A stretch of DNA of 64,000 bases from Asterias rubens (lineage: Eukaryota), in contig NC_047081.1 of NCBI RefSeq assembly GCF_902459465.1, positions 12,586,001 to 12,650,000 on the forward strand, read 5' to 3'. Shown piece by piece: positions 53,462 to 64,000 of this stretch; position 1 is the first letter of the stretch; each line of letters begins with the position of its first letter. A program made the position numbers and the translations under genes. The notes beneath the pieces are model-generated. The model was given only the letters and a program-made list of their open reading frames with translations, was not told where the DNA came from and did no database searches.

Positions 53462-53850
53462 AGACTTTGGGTTCGAATCCCCAGCCGTGATACTTATGTC
53501 CGTATAAGGTTATTAAGCAAAACACTTAACCATTGCTTCATCCTTCCGATGGAACGTAAAGTCGTTGGTCCCATGTGTAACGCATAAGAACCCAGAGCAC
53601 TTATCGAAAGGAGAAGTTGGTGCCCTGGTGTTCCCGACTGTGGCTGCTGTATAGGCCATAGCACAAACCCTTATTTATAACAGAGTTATAAGTAAGATGC
53701 TACATAACTGGGTCTCAGAATGCATCTCTGGTGCATGAACCTATCTTTTTGAAAGTTTGTATAATGTACTTAGCGCCTTGGCATGCTAATGCTTGGTACG
53801 TCCTTTGATTGGTAGATTCGCTACAAATATGATTTAATTATTAATAACAG
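53462..53850 (+). mobile_element. tRNA-derived SINE in NF-kB intron 1
   Basis: B-box gggttcgaatccc, conserved-core-like body (aacacttaaccattgctt...gtcgttggtccc), L2-like tail agcgcctt...cgctacaaata then attatt. Related tRNA-like heads occur near 15775, 30345, 46000, 59690 and 61450. Confidence 0.7.
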
Positions 53851-54076
53851 ATAAAGACTTTGATATTCTAAATAAATCTTGTTATTAAATTTAATTTAAA
53901 TAACTATATTATAATTATATAATTTTTTTTTTGGAGATGTTCTGTTGTTATTATTATAAATGCAAATAAACAGTCACTTCACCTTCACACATCATTCATA
54001 AATCATAGAGTATTACTCTAGCTTCTAGTCTACAGTACACCACACATGCTATTGCTAGTTGCTACATGTATCTTAC

Positions 54077-54640
54077 CTTCCGGTTTTCAATCTTCTTGCG
54101 AGGCCAATAGCAATACGAACGAAACCCGAACAAACACAAAAACAGAACGATGAGCTATTCTATATTATGTGCTGCTGCCTGTGTGTGTAAATTTCCAGTG
54201 TGACTGAAATCGTGTTGTTTTTTCACTCTTGGAATTGTTGTTAATCTATCGTGAGCTTTTTAATGTTGCCTGGTCAAGTCGTGAATTTGCAGAGTGAGGT
54301 TTCTACAAGCTGCAGGAAAGTAGAACTAGAAGAGTCTTCATCGACTGTGGTTTACACAACACATGAATTTCTGGGTTTTTCCTTGTTGTTTCTGGTTTCA
54401 GTTGTTGTCGTGTAGATAGATGGCGCGGGTCGTGTGATGTTGCAATTGCAGAATCTATTTTTAGTTCCGGGAAAAACCCAGGATTGCACTGAGCATGCTC
54501 AGATGTATGGGGTTTGCCCACAACGCTGGCGTTCTGTTCTACTACTTGAAAAGAGATGGCGTTCTTATTATAGGGACCAGTGATTACGACAACCTTGCGG
54601 AGTAGTGTTTCAAATACCTATGCAATGGGGATTTACCCAG
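54077..54640 (-). promoter_or_regulatory. Putative NF-kB 5'UTR exon and upstream promoter with kB-like sites
   Basis: Donor ggaag|gtaaga at 54076/54077; acceptor atccag| at 53255 upstream of the ATG; kB-like sites at 54373-54382, 54469-54479, 54509-54519 and 54627-54638. Confidence 0.5.
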
Positions 54641-54863
54641 TTATTACCTTGCTTCAAAATGACGTTTGTATATGGACACAAGCTTTCGTGTTTTTTATAT
54701 TTTATTACCAACACCACAGAAAATGAGGAGGAGGGGGGGGGGGGGGGGGGGGGTGTTACGCATTCATGATTGGAAATGCTCTGAAAATGTAACTGCATTG
54801 TTTCTGTGTATATTTGGTTTGCGGTAACACCAAGTGTGTGGCCTATCTACTTGCAAGTTAGTT

Positions 54864-55097
54864 GTTCTTAGAGAACTGTCTTGCTTTATTCTACTGCCGC
54901 GGAGTATGATAATCGGAGATCGGGAGACTTCTCAGTTCTGAAAAGAACTGTCCTGCTTTTTAACTATTACCAGGGCGGATGGTATAGAAAATAGACTGGA
55001 CTACTAGTACTATAGGAACGTAATTAACTGTACTGCCGCGGAGTCAGTTCTGAATTGGTCTCAACGTTTCGACTAGCTTGCTCTAGTCATCGTTAGG
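54864..55097 (-). mobile_element. Penelope/retrozyme-like short repeat with a minimal hammerhead ribozyme motif (G5A mutant)
   Basis: Minus strand CTAACGA-T-GACTAG-agcaag-CTAGTC-GAAAC-GTT-GAGAC at 55096 to 55058; the missing 5' stem I arm GTCTC is at the other end of the unit (54924-54928); actgccgcggagt is duplicated at 54893 and 55032. Confidence 0.65.
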
Positions 55098-56073
55098 TTT
55101 CTGTTGCAAATGCTGAATTTTATACTGCTCCGTAAAAAAAAACTCCGAAACGTAGTAATTACTGGTTCGCCCCAATAAACAATTCTTTCACAGGTTTATT
55201 GTTCTATACGTACAGTAATCTGTACATAATAATTTGTGTTTCACCCTGTCTCGAAGACACATTCCTACCTTATTTCTCTTGTAAGATTTACTGCCATTTT
55301 AATTATCAACTTGCGAATCCAACTTGTAAAAACAACCCACAATGACCAGAAGGAACTCGACGAATCACTAGAAACAACACCAACGACGAAAAGATGATAC
55401 TTTACCGAAGCCAGATTGGTTTAGTCTCGCAGCACGGCTTAAAAAAAATATTGGCGAAGTTTTGAACGAGGTATGAAATGTGTGCCTATTTTTTGTACCT
55501 TAGAAGACCAATGACAAAACAAAAAAGGGAAAACAACGGGTCTCCATAGGGGAATACGAAAGACTTATGTGTCACCGTCTGTGGGAAAATTATAAGTGCA
55601 AAAACAGGACCTTAAACAAACAGAACACTCTAAAACCCTAAATGGGACATAATTTACGAGTAGGAAAACACTTTCGTTGAAATCAAGTTCATTTTGGTTA
55701 CATAACCCACCTTTTATTTTATTTTTATTTTTAGCAAGTCGATGACTCAACAAGTTATACAAAACAGCAAGAGGTTATGTCAAGAAAGAGGGAATCAGAT
55801 GAAATCTAGCACAGTGATGCACCGGTTTTGCAAGGGTCGAGTGAAATGCCTTTAACAGTTGACGAAGAGCAAATGAAAGACTTGGGTGCAGGGCAAGAGA
55901 CTCAACAAATAGAAGCAGGGGGTAACAAACCTCAACGCTTAGGACTTGTGAAGCGTTTATCAAACAAAATAGAAGAAACGCTCACACAAAATACAGCATG
56001 ATATGAAACACAAACAAAATAAACAACTTAATGAGTGTAGTGTGGTATTGATATGTACATTTTATACAACCAT

Positions 56074-56895
56074 TAATACCTTTTGCCTGGAAACATAATG
56101 TTTTCTTCTTCAAACATTAGAGTATGTTTCTGAACAATAAAATAATTTTTTTAGTAATTATTTTTAACGATTTATATGTTTAACCAAATAAATAAAGTTG
56201 TGTGGGGGTGACTCCGCCTACCCCTTTGACGTCAATTGAGGCAGACTTTGCCTCGATCGAACATCGAACACACGTACGTGCAAGTACATTCAAGTCCTAG
56301 ACGTGAGTTTGTACGTTTCGAAAAAGTTTTTTTTGTTGCATTTTTCCGGCAATGTCGACCAGGTATTTTTGCTGCTGGATGCAGCAAAACAACTAAAGAT
56401 GGGGTCAGTTTGCAAGTCTTAACCAGCGCTGTGCAGCAAACACTTCGAGCCGTCACGAGCGTCGTGCTTCGAGAATCCGGAATACACTATTTTGACATGA
56501 AGAGAAAGTTCTTTCTTAAAACATGACGCCTTCCCAACAATTTTTCCAGCTAGTGGGGAAGTCGAAGAAGGTACCTGAAAGACGTAACGAACCTAAAGGA
56601 GCATTTGCCTAACGTGAAAACAATCAGGCATTGTTTCAACTTTGAGGGCATGTTTTTAGCTTTGGCTAAGCGTCACTATCGTGTGTTGGCACTGCATGCG
56701 ATTCATCGCGCCTCGATTGCCGTCACAAACAGCGCCCTCTCGGATCAGGCTTATTTTCAAATTTGTAAATAACGTATAGGAACTAATTTTGTAAAACCTT
56801 AGTTAATTGTTTATTCATATTCCACTCATCAAAACACATTATTTAAGTGACAAAAGTTTTATTTTGACAAAATACCACTTCCAGGTGACTTTTAA
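56074..56895 (+). mobile_element. Decayed THAP-domain-bearing DNA transposon derivative (Kolobok-like)
   Basis: Frameshifted THAP remnant at 56352-56550 (MSTR..AAGCSKTTKDGVSL...LK(H)DAFPTIFP); right end ccaggtgact|ttaa; left boundary uncertain. Confidence 0.55.
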
Positions 56896-58744
56896 CTAGG
56901 ATTTTCACACGCTTCGGGATAATTTTATTTTAAAGCATATTACACTATAGTATTAGTTACTTACATACAATGTTTATTTGAATTAAGCGTCTTCCTCATT
57001 GTAAAACAGAATAATTTGTAGAATAATATACTTACTAAATCTTGATACGAGACAGAAGGTATACTGAAATTCTGTCGAAACTATTCCGACCGTGCAGTTT
57101 ACGCGTTTATCTCACATGTTTATACAGTCGCCTATTATTGTTACTACGTTTCTCATGTATTTCAGTTTCCGTTTTGTTGTAAATTAATATGTAGAGGTAA
57201 TTGGTTAGCATGTTCTATAAATCGTTAATTTATTGTGCGAATCGTCGAGAAAGACACCCAGTTAACATACACACTTTAAAGAAGACGATGTTTCCATGTG
57301 TTCATAATACAAAACATTGCGCTGCCGGTATCCTAAAGCGCCTTCACTGGGGTCAACATGGTTTTCAGTTCATACACGATACACACTCATTGCAACCTCC
57401 TGTTTTCCTTATGTACAACATGCATGCGTATTTAAAAAAAAGCTTTAGAGAAAAATAGTGTTCTTCATGGAGGCATATCATACTGGAATAGTTTATAATA
57501 AGTATTATGAACTTTTACATAGTCACCCTCTTTCAGTCTTTGTTATAAAAAATAAAATAAAAAAGCTCAGTTTCCCAACTCATATTAAAAAACTTATATA
57601 ATTATTGGCCTTGTTTGACACTTGTATTGTCTGTGTTATTGTCCTCGTCCACGTAACCGTATACCTTGGTTGTACTAAATATTTGGATATTCATAGTTAA
57701 GGAAACAAAAACATATCGCTTTACCCTGTATCATAGAAGAATAACTGATTACATAGTTTATCGTAGTTGTGAACAACAGGCCTCGGCATTTAATTACATT
57801 CTAACTGTATTTTCTCTAGAGCAGTATAACTGTATGAATTGTGTATGGTTTCTTTTGATTTGTTAGTATCTTACCTCATAACATAATTTTTTTTCTTTTT
57901 CGATATAACCGGCATTGTTGTATTGATCTACATCATTGAAATAAATTATTGAATTGAATTGACTTAAATGACTATATAGTGCTAGACGTTGGCCAATGTG
58001 AATGTGGAAATACATGATATTATTATTGACTAATTGATTAACTGAATGAATGAATGAATGAATGTTTTTAAGGTCTATCCTACATTTGCATGGCTTTTAA
58101 CCCGTAGTTGTAGATGCTTTTGGCAAAACTGTTATCAGTTCTGCTCCTTGAACACCCAGCAGAGTGGATACGGACGTGCGCATCACAAGTCGTGATCATT
58201 ATTATTATTATTATTATTATTTTTTTTTTGTTCTAATAATAGGCGATATTTTATTACAGAAGAGGGTTGTGGTACTATATATACAAGAACCAATAAAAAT
58301 GTCAATGTTGGTTTATTCTTAGTTTAATTGTAAAAGATTGTGACGGCACTAACTGAATGCTTTAACGCCCTTGCCTATTGGTATAGTGCTGAATTGTTTG
58401 CTTTGATTTTTCTTCTTAAAGTATTGTGAACTTAATATTACTGAATACGTCTAGTGAAAAGCTTTCACACATGGGTGATTTGCTAAAGGCAAATGGACAA
58501 CAACAAAAGGATCGGAGTTTTTTTTTCTGTGACCACAGATTACTCCTCGTAACCCAGTGGTTTTGGAATGCTACGTTGTTTTTGGTTCCTTTCATAACTA
58601 AATACGCCTGCTAAGATAGAGGTACATCTTATAGACTGAGGTGCACCGACCCACGTTCCAAGTGAAGGGCCATAACGGGACGACCTTAACAACTAGTCAC
58701 ACGTTAAGTCTAGTTTATGGTCACCAAGAACATTAGGTAGGAAA

Positions 58745-61700
58745 ATGGACAACGAAGGTTACGAACTGGATGTTATGGTAAAATGTGTTCCCATAGTACC
58801 AAGCTTAGAAAATCATGGAAACGGAGATTTATGTATGAACCACGAGCAGCCAGTTGTCGAGGTAGCTATGGAAGTTAGTGCCGATAGGGAACGATATGAA
58901 GAGGTGAAGAGAGTAACGCAGACTGGCAATGGGTTACGACTTGATGAGTTGCTTACAGATTGGGTTCAATATGGCTGGTTACGGGATTGGAGAACTGATG
59001 ATGGTGTCACACTCTATGCAGATGCCATTACTGATGGTTTTACTGGTAGGTTACGATGGTTCTTTAAACAAAATACTGTACTGTTATTATGATTGAAAGC
59101 AGTACCACTTAGTACCGTACATTAATAGGGTACCGCAGCCAAATTAAACAAGAAGAAATAAATACTGCCAAAGCTAAAACAAATATCCAACAAATCCTAA
59201 CCCCATTGTGATTTAATAGTCCATTTTTACTTAACACACAGTTCAGAAAGAATTATAAAATTCGTGTTGACAACTCCCCTCTTTTAATAATAAATTTTAC
59301 AGTTTACAAATTTATCACTGTTATGTCTTGTAGTCATGAGTTTATTTATAAATTATGTTAAGCTTGTGTAGTGTTTGTCTCTGTGTGCTGCCTTGAATAA
59401 GCACATTGTGTGTGCACTACTAACAATACAGCGCCGAAGTAGAAGTAACAAGGAGTAAATTTTGATCCTGTACAGATGTTATTAATGTTCTGCTAAGTCA
59501 TGATATACCAGTTGGAGACGCTTTGATTAGAGCCATCGATGTAGAGTTTGGTGATGCAGTAGAGGCGATATGTCGCTATCTTGAAACACGAAAGGTACGT
59601 AAATACCATTTTCATTATTTGATGCGCAAAAGAGGAAGCTGACTTCTGACTAGCACTTGGAAATATTGAGGTAGGGAAACGGCAATCGTTTGAGCTAGAT
59701 GGCTTAGTACGAGGAGTGCCGGCACATTTACTGTGAGGGCGCGTGGTTAAAGTTCTGCTCCATATTACTTTGTTCAGTCCGGAATTAAATTGAATTTTTT
59801 TTTTAGCATAGTTATCATTATAGAAAACAAATTAAGAAGAAAAAAACTCACCCGAAGGATAATTTTGTGTAATTTGAGCAAATACAATCATAACCATTCA
59901 ATAAGGGTGGTCTAAATTGGCAATTACATGCTGATCGTTGAACATAAATGACGAGCAAACAAATGCACATGCAGATTTTTTTCCTGGATATTTTATGCCA
60001 CACATTTCTGTTTATCATCGGACTGCTATCCCTCCGCTTGACTTAGTTCCGGAGGAGCTTCATTATGAAGACAGTTTCACTGCTACAGCTTGCAAGTCAA
60101 AGGACACAGTCCTGGCCCCAATTTCATAGAGCTGATAAGCACAAAAACTGGCTGAGCATGACATTTCTTCCTTGGTTAAAACAGGGTTAACAACCAAATT
60201 TCCATTTGTTGCGTAATAGTTGCTTATTAATGGTATCCAGCTAAGGTTTGCTTGCCTGAAAATCACGTGAAAATGTGGTTCTTGGTAATCCTGTTTTTAT
60301 CAAGGAAGAAATGTCAGGCTGAGCAAATTTTTGTGCTTAGCAGCAGCTCTATGAAATTGTGCCCTGTAAACAAATTTGTTTGCTTTGTGAAGCAGAAACA
60401 CCAAGGTTAACCCATTGGCATACTCTTCCACTTCAAGTGTTCTATACTTATGCCCCACTGAAGGACTTAAAGATTAAGTTTCTTGCTCAAGGATACTAAG
60501 TTCTTTGTGAGTATTTTACTAGGCAAAACACCTTAGGCATTATTTTGGCGTAATTTGAAGAACACAAAACTTAGCGAGGACCATGAAAGGTCACACGCAA
60601 AGGTCAAAGGTCAATGTATATTTTGCACGATTTTTTGTGAGTAAAAACCATGGATGTTGTCATTTTAAATACTAAAAAGAACACAACGTAACACTTGTTA
60701 GAAAAACACCAATGTAATTGTGTTTGCATATTATTTTTAATAACAATACCCCGTGTTGTATGTAATATTTATATGAAACCAACAGTGTCAATTTTTAACA
60801 TCCTAGCTCCTGCAGTGTATATACAACAAGTATTGGAAGAATTAAAGCAAACGAAATAATAAATAAGTAACAAATAGGTTTGGTCCAACGATAGAAGCTG
60901 AAGACCCACTCGTTTTGACATTGTAATGTTTCATGCGGCCCTTCTCGCTAAGTAATAAGTGCTACTGCAAAAATTAGCAACAAAATAGGCACAAACTTTA
61001 TACATGTACATTACCATTAAGGAAGCTCTTTTTAGCAGACTCAACCCAAAAATTTGTGTATTTCTTTTAAGTAGACGGAAAGATTTAAGCGCTTCATACG
61101 TGAGATGACCTCATGAAGGTATAAAACAGGTGTTTGTTTTAGGGGAACATGTTCGTCTTTACTTATAATGTAAAGCTTTTTAATCACTGTCTAATTATTT
61201 TGTCGAGCGCTTGTGTACATTTTATTGAATTGGTGCAATATAAATCAATACATAAATGATGTGGACTGTCATTTTTGAACAGGAATTATGCGAGTCTGTG
61301 TTAAATTCCAACTGCGACAACGATGACTATCACCCGGCTGTTACACCTCTTGTACTAGCCGCTCAGCGGAATAACTTCAATACAGTACAGGTACCTAAAG
61401 TGTTACAAATGGTGTTTCAAAGAGTTATAACCCTGTAAACTGAAAGGGTGTCCTGGGTGAGCGGTTTGGAGCATTGAATTCAAGTTCCGGTGGTTAAGTC
61501 ATGGGAATTTGGGTTCGAATCAAGTGGTTGACAATGTGTTTGAAAAGCCCTCGGAGCGCCATGGCAGCCCAAGGCGCTGAGAAAGAACTAAAAACGTTAT
61601 TGAACCGGGCACTAATGTAAAGAAGTATGCGCTTGTATAATAACTTGTTATTATAACTCAAACAGTGAGACGGGGATGAATGACTAGTTTTAACTAAACT

Positions 61701-63962
61701 AAATTGTATAAACCCTAAGTTACATCGATGGGTTCCACATGCCTGATGATATGATATCATATCATTGCTGTATGGAGGTCAAGACTGTAAACTAGACACT
61801 GCAAACACATAATGTAATATAGGCTAACAATAAGTTTGGCGTTGTGTTTATTATAAGTTTTATTCAATTTAATTCAATTGAATGAATGGATTTAAGTTCA
61901 ATCGACATTTATTTCCAAATTATTAGTTTAAAAAAAAAGGAGAATGATAAACACATTAATAAATTTAAGTCAAAGACAGTTATGATGGTCAAGGGGAATG
62001 AACTATCTGGAAGGACGGGGAAAAGTAATAACTATTTTGTTGAGCACTAAATGTGGTTTTGCTATGACTTGCTTATATGATACAATCCATCCCGTTCCGT
62101 CTGGGGAATGTACAGAAACTATTGACTGTTAATTCTCAGATTGAAATAAATATTCAGGGTACTTTGTCAATCATTATTCTTGTGAGGTCAAACTTTAAGG
62201 TTTGTGCGTCAATAAGTTTTGTTCAGTGCACCGAGACATGTTCCCTTTGGTTCACTTTAATTATGAAAGGAAACTAATGCACCCTTTGGAGCTTAGTCAA
62301 ACTGACTTGGCCTTGGTGGAACGCAACACAGACTAGAGTATAATAGTTAAATTTAAAACATGTCGAGACCACTTCTTTTGAACAATGGTTGCTTCCAAGA
62401 TGGGAAATTTTTTTCTGGATGGATTCAAAACATCACACGGTGGACACAATTATTGGAAACAGGCGGGTACAACATAAAATGCACGTTAGGCCCACTGTAC
62501 GATAAAGTCTATGTTCACATTAAACTGCACACGCAGGTAAAACATACGAATAGCCCATCAATCAAACAGCTACAAAACAGTTTGAAATAGTTAAGCTACT
62601 GTTTAATACATACAATTGTCTTTCCGGATAACTAATTTTATTTTGACAACAGCATTTATAGTAATAGAGATGTCGTCATATATGACGTTTGGACAATGTG
62701 TTTATAGTTCAGAAAACGTTTCTGATTTTTGGACCCCAAATGTAGAGGTGAGCCATTAAAAAATAAATGGAGAACGATTGAGAACATTTTGTGTGTGGTT
62801 TTCTTTCAACAGCTTCTAGTGAAGCTCGGTGCTACACTCTGTGAACCGAACATCTCTGCAGTTGGTGATGTGACACTCACCCAGGCTACCTCTTTCCTTA
62901 ACATCTACCGTGCACTCTCTCAACCTGCCTACATTTTGGCAACACAGACCGACGTCTTTGGCCACGCCTTTGAGATGGGCAAGAAGCTCAAGACTCTGAG
63001 TAATCTTTGGGAAGACTTTGGGGCCGAATATGAAGAGATGTCAAGAGGAATCGAGGTGTTTGCAGGAGAGATGCTCGGACAGTCCAGCTCCACTGAAGAG
63101 GTAAACGACTTATGTTAAACGAAGCATGTTTTGAAAACCTCGCAACCAAAGTTTACCTAATAATGCAGATGATATAACTAATGAGTTTGTCAATTACATA
63201 TCATTGTTGTTCTTGTAATAAGATTCCTACTTGGATGTTATTGCTGTATGATTAATACAGATTCTTGGGCTGTTCCAGTACCATAACACTGACCAGTACA
63301 GAAACATGGAGGGAAAGCAGCACCCATTGTCCAAGGTGTTTGAAGCCATAAAGTACCAGCAGAAGGAGGTATGGCCACATTAAGACTATTATGCAAATAC
63401 ATGTCAGAAGAAAAGACATTGTCAACCCTCCGGGTGTCCATGAATAATTCAAAAGATAATTATGGGTACAAACTGAACTTGGCAAAGCTCGCCCAATTGT
63501 TGTGAACTATTTTATCAAACCAGTTTGTTGACTGGATTTCTCATCCAACACATAATATTAATGGATTTTAAAGTCGTGTTTGAAAATGCTTCAACAAAAC
63601 TGTTTCAACACATTACATTGCATAAGAAATGCTCAACTTCCAATTGCTTTCTATTAGTTCATAGCTCATCTTCGTTCTCATATTATTGTTCTTCTGAGTT
63701 CATAGCTCATCCTCGTTCCCAATATTCTTCTTGTATAGTTTATACATCGTCTTCGCTCCTGTTGTTCTTTTCAGTTCATAGCTCACCCTCATTCTCAGAA
63801 GGCAATCATTGCGCAGTTCTACCAGAACCTTCTGAGCTGGAACGAGAAGGGTGTAATCTACCAGATCCTGCTCACACTTTTCGTAATGTTGGGATACCCA
63901 ATCATTTCCCTGCTCTACATTTTCTTCCCGTTCCCGAAGGTGGTTAAATTCGCCCGACTGCC
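58745..63962 (+). CDS. Short transient receptor potential (TRPC)-like cation channel, N-terminal part; gene continues past the right edge
   Basis: Exons 58745-59045, 59476-59594, 61283-61390, 62813-63100, 63261-63368, 63775-63962 are in phase. TRPC-type segments VGDALIRAIDVEFGDAVEAI, TPLVLAAQRNNFNTVQ, LNIYRALSQPAYI, FAGEMLGQ, LSKVFEAIKYQQKEFIAHPHSQ, pre-S1 hydrophobic segment LGYPIISLLYIFFP. Confidence 0.88.
60115..60363. mobile_element. PIF/Harbinger-like MITE with long TIRs in a TRPC intron
   Basis: CTG|gccccaatttcatagagctg...cagctctatgaaattgtgcc|CTG; inverted arms extend about 90 bp. Related ends at about 9025-9075, 13850 and 18380-18413. Confidence 0.8.
63658..63800 (+). repeat. Four degenerate tandem copies (36-41 bp) of the TRPC exon-6 3' splice site
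   Basis: ag|ttcatagctcatcttcg at 63658, ag|ttcatagctcatcctcg at 63699, ag|tttatacatcgtcttcg at 63739, cag|ttcatagctcaccctca at 63775. Confidence 0.8.
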
Positions 63963-64000
63963 GTAAGTGTAATACTTTAACAGTACAATCAATCACGCCT

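Noticed and set aside
1-64000. CRISPR arrays, rRNA genes, prokaryotic operon features
   Set aside because: None seen. The window is intron-rich eukaryotic DNA and its tandem repeats lack unique spacers.

Overview
AT-rich eukaryotic (metazoan) genomic DNA with spliceosomal GT-AG genes. A marine invertebrate deuterostome such as a sea star is my inference from gene architecture and repeat types; I cannot confirm it. Six protein-coding genes were reconstructed exon by exon with consistent splice phases: OGDH (minus strand, runs off the left edge), a CARF/ALS2CR8-domain gene (plus, head-to-head with OGDH), an SLC15A4-like POT peptide transporter (minus, about 582 aa), RSAD1 (minus, about 489 aa), a full-length NF-kB p105/p100 precursor (minus, about 1099 aa) and a divergent TRPC-like channel (plus, runs off the right edge). 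Introns and spacers hold many MITEs (TTAA/Kolobok-like, CWG/Harbinger-like, TA-flanked), SINE and L2-LINE fragments, a decayed THAP element, micro/minisatellites and one 260-N assembly gap. The most interesting signals are: a pair of mutually exclusive OGDH exons at the Ca2+-site position, neither carrying the mammalian DADLD motif, plus a candidate 45-nt cassette exon; a circularly permuted retrozyme-like unit with a minimal hammerhead ribozyme and a kB-site cluster upstream of NF-kB; a 21-Q tract in NF-kB; a fourfold tandem-duplicated 3' splice site in the TRPC-like gene; and a C-terminally placed lysosomal dileucine signal in the SLC15 protein.
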